From Octopus vulgaris (taxonomy: Eukaryota): a stretch of 64,000 nucleotides of DNA. Of this stretch, positions 12,843-24,979 are shown one piece after another (position 1 is the stretch's first letter; each line of letters starts with the position of its first letter). Made by a program: the position numbers and the translations under genes. Where the stretch lies: the NCBI GenBank assembly GCA_951406725.2, contig OX597816.1, forward strand, positions 133,982,001 through 134,046,000, given 5' to 3'. Under the pieces are notes generated by a model. That model was not told the origin of the DNA. It ran no database searches and saw only the letters and a list, made by a program, of their open reading frames with translations.

Positions 12843-12848
12843 AATAAA
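12843..12848 (+). promoter_or_regulatory. candidate OPA1 polyadenylation signal
   Basis: First AATAAA I noticed, ~285 nt after the stop; the hexamer is common in AT-rich DNA. Confidence 0.3.
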
Positions 12849-13513
12849 CCATTGAACTTTTGAATTAGATGAAAGATCATTACTTTGTGCAAGCTAACTT
12901 TGAAGATTGATGTTTGAAAGAAATCTCCTTTTTAGATCTTATCTTCATGAACATCTTGACTGTGATATGACAGCCAGCACTGCTTCAGTTTGGTTTTCCA
13001 TGTGGTTTCCTCATGTAATACTTCCTGCATTATCCAAACATTTCTTGACAATTTCTGAAGACATTGTATATATTTCCTTGATTTAGTTAGAAAATGTCTT
13101 AGTTAAGACTTGGTAAAAGCAATGCTTCATATTATATCTATAAATTTTCAACTTTTATTATAAGTCATTAGTTAAGAATGTTTAAATATTGTTCTTTAAC
13201 TTTATTTCAGTTACTAGCTCATCCTATCTTAATAGGTGGCTTTCAAAAGCAACTAGTTTCAGTATTTGAATATCTTCGCTCTAATCATAAGATGTTTGGA
13301 TATTTCATTGCAGAGAGAAAACACGAGTTTTTTTTTGTTTGTTTGTTGATTTAGAATAAGAAATTGATAATCTTATAGATGATCATAAATCAACCAAAAT
13401 TACTTTATCTGCAAGTTGATTTTTAAATTATATTAAAGCTGTCATTTAATACATCTTTTTTAGTATTTGTCGTTATTCTAATCAATTTATCTTTTATCAG
13501 CTATGTAAAATTT

Positions 13514-13714
13514 TTAACCTTTTAGCATTCAGATTATTCTATCAAATGTAACACTTATTTATTCACATTTTTTCGAATTTATCTTTCATTATTTTATAAC
13601 TTTGAGATATATTTTTAGACTAACATTGTAGGGTAGGCATGAGAGGCTGGATCCAGCCAGTTTGAACATAAAATAGGAATAGCATTATAGCTGGTTTAAA
13701 TGCCAAAGAATTAA
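13514..13714. mobile_element. TTAA-flanked MITE (piggyBac-like)
   Basis: ttaaccttttagcattc...aatgccaaagaattaa; homologous to 11272-11489. Confidence 0.55.
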
Positions 13715-16444
13715 TGATAAGCAGTAATTTGTTCAAGGGAGAGCAATGAAATATAGTTTTAGTTTTGAATTGTCAACATCAGCTTGGAAGATTTTCTTTT
13801 GAGTTTTTCAAGTATCCCATTCACTTATTTAAAGTGTCATTATCCATTCCATTATCTCCAGACCAAGCTCCTAACCCCACTTTTTCTTCAACTTAAATCT
13901 CCCTAAAGAAATCTATCCTAAATATGGTTTTTGCAGAGCTAGATCTACTGGAAATTTCCATTCCTATATTACATACCAGTAGTCTGTTGCCCTTAAGAAA
14001 TTTGGCAAAAGTAATGCTGTTGCTCTTGACATCAACAATACCTTTAACTCCATGACAACGGTTTTATCAGGCAACTAGGTTGCATGATGGTAATCATCTT
14101 GGCTGAGATCACCAATTAGCACACGACAACAGTTTGGCATATATTTACGTCAACTACTTTAAAGCATGCACTGTTTATTTATGTAAACTGTCATCACTGG
14201 CGTAGCTGTATGTGACTGTAAATTCCATGAGGGACCAGAAGAGTTTGCTGAACATGTGTAAATTTGATAGGAAGTCATAGTGGAAATAGTGGTGTAACTG
14301 CCAAAACTGCTGCTTTTATATTATTATGGTGATGAAGTCACGAACTGAGTTGGAAATATTTACATGAAGAGTCTAACAAGCTTATCAGATTCCTTGAAAT
14401 TTTCACAGTGGCCTCTACTTTTGATTCCATGAGTGATAGCGGATCTTTATATCAACCAGTACACAAACAAGTACAAAATCACAGCAGACAGGGCTGCGTA
14501 TATTTTCATCATATGATTCAAAGCGAGTACACAGTGAATGTAAATTTGTCAACCAATGTTATGGGGTTAACTAGCTCCTAGCTAAGTTCTGACTGAGTGG
14601 GGCTCCCCCAGTTTTTCATATTTTGGATTCGTAGTTTCCTATCAGACAGCCTGTGCTGATAGATCTCTCTGATCCACATTCTATAAACTCAGGTTTCTCA
14701 TAAAATTCAATTATGCTTCCACCACTGTTAATAGTAAGAGCATCTAAGTTAATGCTTCTGTTACCCCAGGTGGCCTACTCAACAGTGTAAGTAGTGTTGT
14801 GAATGCATATTAGCTAGAGTAATGAAAGAATGGAAAAAGTTCAAGGAGTTGAAACAAAGAGTTTCTCTTTGTTCTTTGTTTGTGAACATGGCCAAGAATT
14901 TACCTTCAAGATACTGACAGCATATAAAGAACAACAACAAGACACAACCATGTGGGCAGCTGGAGAATTGTGACTACTCTTGCCTATGCTAAAACTTCTA
15001 TGTGCTCTCATGAGTAAGGAAAGTATAGCAATGACAGTGTTTCATTGTCACAGGTATCCATGCAAAAGGTCTGCTGTTTTGTCAGTGGTTTTAAGAAGTT
15101 TTAGTCTTGGCTTTGGGTTATATCAGACAACCAGCCTCACTCTTTTCTCTTTGGCCTTTTGTACTAGTGGTAAGATGTATGGGATGTCAGGGAAGGATAG
15201 TACCTTTGGCAGGAGTCTTACCTATTCCTTTTCAGCTCGTTTACCATCAGGTCCCACTTGGCACCCAACTCTTATCTGTAGCACAAAAAAGTATGAAGTA
15301 GTTTGTCACCTCCCGGTCAACAGCATTGGTATGTTGCCTAAGCCAGATTGTGAGTATCCGACAAGTTTTAAACTCTTGGTGAAATTCTCTAAGAGCTTGT
15401 CACCTTAAGCATGTGAAGACTGGATTTCTAGGAGATCGTGTGAGGAAAACCCAATCACAAGTGGTCAAATTTTCTCAAACACAAAGGCAATATCCATTTG
15501 CACCATATGATATTTATTCACCCAACTGTAAATCTTCATATGTATCATCTGTCTATACCAGTGCAGTCTTCTCTCTTGCTCACTTTAGCTTATGCATAGA
15601 TTGCCCTAGTCATACCACTGTAAACCCAAGTTTTCCTTACTAAATGTAGGGTAGACTGTATTATGCTTGTGTATGACGTGTGATAATGCACAGGTGTGAG
15701 ATATAAGCACTGAATATGGAAGATATGAGAAGGCTGAAGAGAAATGAGTTGACGATGTCCTACTGAATGTATAATGTCAACAAGCATAAACAACAGAACA
15801 ATTTAACAGAGAGTAAAAACTGGGTTTTAGAGATATCATGAGAGAAGACTGCCTCAGTAGGAACACATGGTAAATATGAAGAATGACAATTGATTGAAAA
15901 AATTGTCAAATGATGTAACTGAAAAGAACCTATAAAAGAAGAAGACCAAAGAAATAATGGTAAAAGCTGATCCCAAGAAGCTGGGCCTCACAGAGCAGAT
16001 GACAAGTAGAGACATGTGTTTAATTAAACACCTGACAAATGTATACCAGCATGGAAAAGTGGGCATATAACTGACTATGATTCTGTTTTTAAGTATTATG
16101 ACTAGTGTATTTGGCCATCAAACTAAATATTTACCCACATCAGCATTGCTACATATAAAATAACCATTTACTCTGAGGCATGTGTGGTATAAAGAGATTA
16201 GTCATGTTCTTATTTGCTGTGAGCAATTGTTTCTTATTTTTAGGCCAAACTAGTGGCCTTTATTTTACTTTATTACATATGTGTAACATGCTAGCTATTT
16301 TACATTTATATTAACTGCTTTATAACATTTCTTCTTACAAGCACAAATAAGATCATTTTTCAAAATTAGGATGTTTGTGCATTGTTCAAGTAAAAAAATT
16401 ATATTTTTTACAGTTAGGTTATCTACCGATAACTATTTAATTAT

Positions 16445-17845
16445 TGTTGTTGGGTAGACCCAGGTTAGTCTTCATCGAGCAGACTCATGATAAAAGACAC
16501 TTTGATCATGAATTTATGCGAAGCTATACACCCATGTCTCTTTAGCAGTGATCTTGGTGTGCTTTATCTAATGTGCTCCCTCTTTAAGACAATGGAATGT
16601 GATTTAAGGAAAATTTGGCTGCTCTTCCCAGAGGCTCCCTCATTGGTTAGTAATTATTGTGTTGTGTTGCTTAATTCCAAATCAACTTTAATCAAGCAAC
16701 CCTATTACAAGTAGTTGGTAGAACAATCCTTCTAAATGGAGCACTATTCTGCACACTCAGCAATATGGAGTGAGTCTGGCCCATATTGTACACTCTCTAC
16801 TCTCCAGTCTCTTGTAATATACACATAGAATCCGATAGTGGCTACAGCTGAGGTGGGCAAAGTTGGACTCAGAACACGAGAGTTGCTGTTGATGGACTGA
16901 TCTTGCAAATGAACTACATGGTTCTGGGTTCAGTCCCACTGCATGGCACCTTGGGCAAGTGTCTTCTACTATAGCCTCGGGCCAACCAAAGCCTTGTGAG
17001 TGGAGCAAAAGAGACCGATAGAATAAGTACTAAGCTTACAAAGAATAAGTCCTGAGGTCGATGTGCTCGACTAAAGGCGCTGCTCCAGCATGGCCACAGT
17101 CAAATGACTGAAACAAGTAAAAGAGAGTATGTGATATTTGGAAATAGTTTTCCATGTAGTTACAGGAACTGTCAGTCAAACCTTGCTGCAGCAGCAAACT
17201 GTACCTCTTGCATGTCCAGGTGGTCTTTAATTTTTAGTATTTTTGTTTTATTATATAGATAGTAAGTTTGTGTGGATAGGGCAACGTGTTATGTGTAGAT
17301 TGCTGTTTTTGTTATTTGTTGTGGTCTGTTTTGCAGAGATAGGAACCCAGGTAAATTGTTAGATAGAAATGAAATTTAGTTTTCTACCAGACTAAAGTAA
17401 GAAGAGTTATGTACCTTGTCCACAGTCACAGAACAATATGGTAAAGTGTGAAATTCAAACAATGGGATTAGTAGTCCTTTGCCTTATTCTTTATACATAT
17501 TGTCTTTATTGACGATGAAGCTATAATAATTTCTTTGTGAAATACCTTGATTTTAAAGGGAAAGGAAAATGAGACTCTAAGTCTATGTTGTTTTCAACCC
17601 TATTACAAGCAGTTGGTAGAACAATCCTTCTACATGGAGCACTATTCTGTACACTCAAGCAAGCAATATGGAGTAAGTGTGAGAGTCTGGCCCATATTGC
17701 ACACTCTCTACTCTCCAGTCTCACTGCTAAAGAGACATGGGTGTATCTAGGGGTATAACTTAGCATAAATTCATGATCAAAGTCTGAAATGTCTTTGATC
17801 ATGAGTCTGCTCGATGAAGACTAACCTGGGTCTACCCAACAACAA
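16445..17845. repeat. local complex duplication (A> B> ... B> <A)
   Basis: 16445-16551 recurs inverted at ~17721-17845; 16697-16812 recurs direct at ~17595-17722. Confidence 0.85.
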
Positions 17846-19102
17846 ATAATTCCAACAATTATTTGTTGTGTTCTTTAGATACAAAGTGAATTTTCTTTTG
17901 TTGTGATTAAATGTTACAGAGTTTACTCCCAAAATATTATTTTATTAAATCAGGGAGGATGAAAGTAAAATCCATCTTAATAGATTTAGAATTCAGAAAA
18001 ATGAGACAGAAACTAAATTAATTACCATATAACATCTAGTTTGAAACTTTGCAATTTGCACAAACTTCATTAACCTTATTTAATAAAGGCATCAGATTCA
18101 CATAAGAGAATAAATGGAATACTGAACTCTTCATACATTTCTCAAGAGCATAAAAAGTGTAACTGAAGTGAAATGACTGCAAGCTAAAATTGAAATCAAG
18201 ATGATATTTATCACAAGCTTTAATAAATAATAATGATGATACAGCCTGATAACTTTACACAACAGGTAAGGTATTATTTGCCTGGGGTCAGAATCTGATA
18301 TCGACTCAGTGATGTTACAGCTACTCCCAACTCATTCATTGACATCACAATGTCTTTCTCACTTCAGATTGAATTCTCAAACCCCATCCCTCCATTGTTC
18401 CTACCTCTGCTGTGTCACCTTAACTGGAATTGTTTAAGGTTTTGGGGTTGATGTCTGAAATACATTTTATGTTGACCAAAAAGAAGGGTACCAACTTATC
18501 ACTTTCGATAAATCTTATCAGGACTATAATAGTTGACTACTGTCAAAGTCTCTATTTTTCTATGCTAGTCAGGATTTCATGGTTTGTTCACATTTCAAAT
18601 ACATGGAGTGTTAGAGAAAGTATTTACAACTTGAAAGATTAAATCAATGTTAACCACTCAATTACAGCATAAAAGTACTGATTATTCTTTAGCCCACCCC
18701 AACACACCTTCTTCACCATCTTCTCTTTCTCTCAGTTCTCTTCTCAGTCTTTTTCTAGCTGAGGTACTCAGTTATTTCCTTTACTGCAAGACACCAGTTT
18801 CTGTCCCTCTGTCATACTCTAACCTCACATCACATGGCATAATGCCACCCCACCTCTATACTTCTCCTGATAAAGTTGATAAGTCTTGTCTTGCAAGTTA
18901 TTTGGTGGCCTCATAGGTGCTGGTACCATAAAGAAAGCACTCAGTATACTCTTAAAGTGCTTTGACATTAGGAAGGGCATCCAACATAGAAAACATGCCA
19001 AAGTAGATTGTAAAGCTTGAGCAGTTCTCTGACTCATTAACTTCTGTCAAACCGTCTACTCCATGCCAGCATGGAAAGTGGACGTTAAATGATGATAATG
19101 AT

Positions 19103-19444
19103 CAGTGGTTCTCAACCTGGGTCCATATGGTCCCAGGGGGTTCATATAATACTTTTAGGGGTCTGCACAAATAAAATGGTAAATTGGGGATCCACAGTAG
19201 TATTTTTGGGGTCCATGAAAATATTTTGTTTTAGATGTATGTATTGCAATAAAAAGGTTTCTTTCTCTAACATTATACATTGTTCAACCTACACAAGTGA
19301 ATGTGTAAAAAAAACAAACAAAATAGGGATTTTGAAAGAAGTATCTATAAAACTAGTTTTTAAACATTGAATGGCTATGGGAGTTCACCAGAATTAAATA
19401 GTGATCAAAGAGGTCCATAGGTGAAAAATAGCTGAGAACCACTG
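19103..19444. mobile_element. hAT (Charlie-like) non-autonomous element
   Basis: TIRs CAGTGGTTCTCAAC / GCTGAGAACCACTG; imperfect 8-bp flanks ataatgat / aacatgat. Confidence 0.75.
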
Positions 19445-22400
19445 AACATGATGATTGTTTGATTGGAGCGATCAATCTTACCGAGCACAGATAATAGTAG
19501 GATTTACCCTTGAGTTATTTGTTCAACTCTTCAGGCATATTTTCCCATGTATCATGTCTACCACATTTTTGAAAAGTGAATTAAATTAAAATACAGAACA
19601 AAACATTATCATAAATCTTCTAAAACTAGAACATTAAAACCAACTATAAATGTAAAATTATATGGAACGTCACAGCTTGGTCACTACACATTTCAAAATT
19701 TAAAGACCTATTTAATATTAAACTATGAAATAAATAGTATAAATTCTTCAGTTCAGTTGATGCAACCCCATCATCATCCTCATCCTTTTCCCATACTGGC
19801 ATGGATTGGATGGTTTGACAGGAGCTGGAAAGCCAAAAGATATACACCAAGCTCCACTATCTGCTTTGGCATGGTTTTTACAACAGAATGCCCTTCCTAA
19901 TACTGGTTGGACTGAGTGCTTATAAATAACCTGTGAACATTAGGACTTCAACTGACTGAATTTCTAGGATGTCAGGGAATGAGTTGATAGCATGAAATTT
20001 TGTTATAGTCCTGTGTGAAGATATAGTTTCAATGGCCCAGTCCACCTAGCTGTAAATAGGTATCACTTTAGTGGGTATAATTCATTGCCAAATTTATATT
20101 CACAAACCTTGCCAAGAAGGAGCCAATTAAAGAATTTTTACATGGTGGTTTAGACCTGCTAGAGATAACAGCTGAATCTTCCAGAAATCTCACCCTAGCA
20201 TTAAAAGAACTCCAGAAACATTAGACAATGTAGTTATAAATATGGAAAAAAAATGGTATGGGCATAGTTAAATGCCCCTGATTACACCTGCTCAATTAGG
20301 TTTGACCTGGGACTCTTTGCCAAGGATAGGTTTTCCTATCCAGAGAGGTAAATTCTCCTATTTAGAGTGTAATGAAAGACCCTCCTTAATTTAAGTTCGA
20401 CTGCTCTTCTTTCCTTACTCCAGACCCATAGTAAATCTTGATATTTCTCAGCCAATCAAACTGTTTATTTTGATTGAGTCATAATAAAGGGGTAAAGTAG
20501 TCTTTGATATTTGTTCTAATCCTAATTGAACACATGTAGTATTGATTTGCTCAGGAGCAATACTTCCTCTTTTAATGTCATGAAACTGTTACATGACAAT
20601 GTAACAAGTCTATACATGTTTCTTGTGTACCACCTCTAACTTTATGACTTCCTACAGTTTAATTCTTGGAACTCTCACTTGCCCAATCCCTGTTAAAATC
20701 AAAGAAAATGCTGAAGTTATTCAATTAATACCAGTATAGAAAATATTAGCTCTCTTTATATAATGTGTCAGTTATGTATATTCAGATTAATTTAGTATTT
20801 CCTATTCACTAATATGGTTCCAAGCTTGGTTGTACATTTAAGTACATGATAATAATTTAAGTACCTTGATAATAGATGACGGCAACTTTGGTATGAAGGA
20901 TGGTTTCCTTTTTGAAATCTCACACAACATCATGTACTTAAACTATGTGGTTCCATATGTGGTTCTACTGCATAGTAATTTGGGCTTCTGCAATAGCCAT
21001 AGATTGATTAATATCATGTAAGTGAAATTTGGTAAATACCACATGTTGGCATGATGAAATGTAGGTCTACAGAGATTATAGAGATGCTAGAGCAGAGATG
21101 AGCAGACATGCATGCTGCAGACAAGAGGTAAGATATAGGGAAGCTTCAGCTAGTTTCTTTACAGGCAAGGAACACACATGCTGATAGGTAACTGAAGTTA
21201 ATGAAATAAGCATATAGTTACCAGAGAAAATGGGTAGATAAAGTAAATGAGATTTTCAGAGTATACGACAGCATTATTAAACTTAGACTCAGCATAGGCA
21301 ACCTGTCAATAGTGATCTGTAGGGATGAATCACAATCAGCGCTGATAGCTGATTAAAGGACTGTATCAATGAGTCCTTCTCAAAGACTACCTTCATAATA
21401 GATGACAGCAACTTTGGTATGAAGGATGGTGTCCTTTTTGAACATCTTGCACAACATCATGTTTCATTGTCCATAGTGGCTATGTTTATGGTATATGAAA
21501 TGAAAGGGAAACAAGACTCTTGGAATTCTGTGATTCAAATGATCTAATCATTTGTAATCATTAAACTAACCAAACAACTAATCAGCTACCATTAAGGTGA
21601 ACAAACACAAATTGAGATTTCATACACACCAGGAAACAAAAAATGTTCTACTCAGCATAGGGTAGTGATTAGTGATGTCAATGTAAATGCTAGATAGAGT
21701 GAGTGAAACAAAACCATCTAGTGAGAGAAAGTATAGAAGTTGCAAGAACCCTTAGTCAGACATTGCTTCAGAGATGTTCTAGATGATACATAGGTTAAGG
21801 AAAAGGAGTGGGTGGAGACCTATGACAGAAAACAACCTCAAGTTTTGACATGACAACTTGCTGTAAGCCACAGACCAACTGTGTGGATCAAGTGAGTTTC
21901 CCATCAGACTGAAGGTGATATGATAATGAAATGAAACTGTAGATAGAGCAATAAAAGCTGAAAGACAGTCCTGGAAAGAATAAAAGAGCAAAGAACAATA
22001 TAATGTTGCTAGAAGAAAAGTTAGTTGTCAGGTATACTGAACAAGAAGAGAAGTAGAAAATAAGAAGATTAACAATGTTCTGTAACATAAGAACCAGAGA
22101 CATAAGGCATAATGGATCACAAAGATGTGCTAATATGAGTCAGGACATCAGCGAGGGGAGGAATGTTGCACTCCCAAACAAACAACCGTAACTGGGAAAA
22201 TGGAGAACCAACACAGTTATTTAAGCTAAAATTTGCATTCACTGATCAATAATATGGTAACAACAACCTCAAGTTGACATTGTGCATGGTATGTAAAATT
22301 TAAGTGTCACTTTCTAGTGATACTGAAGATACTAAATACATGGAGGGCATGCAACTGGTACACAATAAATAATTGTAAGATATATGACAGTAGTATATTT

Positions 22401-22802
22401 GAATTCTATTCCAATAGTTATAAATTATTTAAGCTGTAGCTCTACTATTCCAGTTTCATTTTTATATGTCAAGGGATTAAATTAATCAGAGCAAGATATG
22501 AAATGAATATTATGGATAAATAAAGCACTTATTAATTGCAAAGTATGATTGAATCTGTTATCATTAAGCACATATTTGTGTTGGTATCTAATTTCCATTT
22601 GGCATATCAAGCTTGGAAATGTTGAACGTTTTCTTCAATGTAGCAGAACCAGAATACTTTATCTCAGCTGTAGACACTTTAGCAACTGAAACTCTTCACA
22701 ACTTGACAGTTGATTATAATTTGATTTTAGATCAGTCAATCTACCAGATTGGCTGCTGTTACTATGGGCTGTGACACACCCATCCTTTTCTGTTCTTTAT
22801 AC

Positions 22803-23369
22803 AATTTTATCTAGAATACTGATGGAAAAATAATTACTTAAAAATGAAAGGTTTCATTTTAGGTGAACGTTTCAATAAAGTCTTGTCTGCTTTATTGAAT
22901 GTAATAACACAAACCAGTTCCATCAATTAGCAGTGTAAATGGTAAAAAGACATTTGGGCAACTAATTGTTTTAGTCAGTTAAGAGTATAAAAAGACAAAA
23001 GTATATGAAACATGTGGCTCCTAGTCACCCTAGTCAGTGAAAAAGAACTTAATTGAAATTGATTTCTTTATGTAATTTTATCTAGAATATTGATGGGAAA
23101 ATAATTAATTAAAATGAAAGGTTTCATTTTAGGTGAATGTTTCAATAAAAATTCTGCCTGCTTTGTTGCAAATAATAACATGAACCAGATACATCTTTTA
23201 GCAGTGTAAATGGTAAAACATTTAGGCTATTAATTGTTTTAGTCAGTTACAGACAACAGTTATTAAGAGTACAGAAAGAAAATTAAAAATGCATGAAACA
23301 TATATGGCTATCATTCACCCTTTTAAGACGAATCCAATGAAAAAGAACTTAATTGAAGCTGACTTCTTT
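22803..23369. repeat. diverged tandem duplication, ~270-300 bp unit x2
   Basis: aattttatctagaata.tgatgg starts at 22803 and 23074; both units end aaaagaacttaattgaa. Confidence 0.85.
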
Positions 23370-23616
23370 TCAAACACTGAGTAACTGAAAATAACCCCTC
23401 AAAGTTTTGACTGATTTTGGTCCAAGATTCGATCTGTACAGCCATCTTTATATTTAGTTATTGGGTTGGCAACTAAGTTACCGCCGTTTTTTTAAAGTTT
23501 AGAATTTATTACGTTCTTAAATTCTGGAATCTATTTTTTTCGAGAATTCTATTTTTGAATCTATATTTTTTTCTAGTTAATTTTAGTTAATTTTTGTTTG
23601 TTGTCAGATCATTAAA

Positions 23617-23831
23617 ATGGAATATCAAGTTAAGAAAAACGAGAATTTTCGACACCTCCTTCTTTTTGCTTTTAATCAAGGTTCTAAGGCTGCAAAAGCT
23701 GCTCGCGACATTTGTGCTGTGTATGGAGAGAGTGCCATAGCTGAAAGAACCGCTCGTGATTGGTATACCAAGTTCAAAAATGAAAATTTTGACCTCAAAC
23801 ACGCACCTCATTCTGGCTGTCCAGTTGAGTT
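23617..23831 (+). pseudogene. mariner transposase, N-terminal HTH part (interrupted)
   Basis: MEYQVKKNENFRHLLLFAFNQG..AARDICAVYG...W..KFK...FDL...SGCPVE. Confidence 0.88.
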
Positions 23832-24415
23832 TGTAGTGGATGCGTGGATGTATTAATAAATACATAAGTGCTTTGTAATAAATTAAAGATTTATTATCAC
23901 TACATCAATTTGTAAGCAATGTTACACATCGCTTGTACAAAATGCATATTAAATAGTGGTTGCAAATAATACATATTAAAGGAATGCATAATACAGGATA
24001 CACATTAAAGCAGAATATGTTTGATGGTGTGTGTGTGTGCGTGTGTGTAAATAATGCATGACAGAGTCACCTTTCTGAATATTCTTTCGTCGTTCTCATA
24101 AATGCGTGGCGTTCTCTTAAACGTTGATTCGGGTTCTCTCTAGATACCTATTTCTCCGTTCTATTTATAACATCTCAAATAGCCAGAAAAATAGATATAC
24201 CGCAAGAGAGTTATCATTAAAGTAGGTCGCTGGTCGTCCTGTTAAACTTCGCCTGACCTGCTCGGGTCAGAGGTCGAAGGGAGACGATCCATCATTTTTT
24301 GTCAGAACAAAGAGATTCTGATTTCGCGCCTTTTTGTGCATTGGTATTTTACGACCAATGATTCTTGGGTCTGATTTCGAATCCAAGCTTTGAGAAGGAA
24401 GTGCTAATTCTTACA
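23832..24415 (-). repeat. 3' LTR of the Gypsy element
   Basis: tgtagtgg...ttcttaca; no differences from 29117-29700 seen by eye. Confidence 0.95.
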
Positions 24416-24428
24416 CTACCCCCCTTCT
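24416..24428 (-). other. polypurine tract
   Basis: AGAAGGGGGGTAG on the minus strand, abutting the 3' LTR. Confidence 0.85.
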
Positions 24429-24979
24429 AGTGAGAAAGCCATAGAGATCGAACGATATTGGAAATGTATTATTATTATTTTTTTTTTTTTTTTTTTTTGA
24501 TTGTGTGCATGTAGAAAAAAAATTTTTTTACACATTGAACGATAAAAATATGCATGAAAGGTTTACAATTTGTGTGTGCTATATGGTGGGCAATATGTAT
24601 ATGTGCCCAGGCAGAATTATGTTGGCGCGTTGAAAGAGGTGTGCGTCTATTGATTACTCGACCTACTAGAGGTCTAATAGAGGCAAGGTGTCTTTCAGTG
24701 GCGAAAAAATATCGAGTGATAGCACGCATGAGAACAAGATTTGTAAATGTGTGTGGATATACAGTTAGCAAAAAAATATATTTATGAGAAAGCAAACATT
24801 TTGAAGAGAAAACAAAAAATATGTACATGCAAAAATGAAAGAAATGTTCATCGGCAAAGTTCGATTTTGAAATGTTCCGTAAAAGTTCATACAGACAGTT
24901 TTTGTTTTCATTTTTTTTTTTCTTTACGTACACAAATGTTCTTTGATTTCTCTGGGTGGGTGATGCAGTTATGTGTTCA

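Noticed and set aside
24475-24933. 152-aa ORF downstream of Gypsy pol as a possible env
   Set aside because: Low complexity, ends in a poly-A-derived Lys run, and has no signal peptide/furin/TM layout; more likely 3' UTR.
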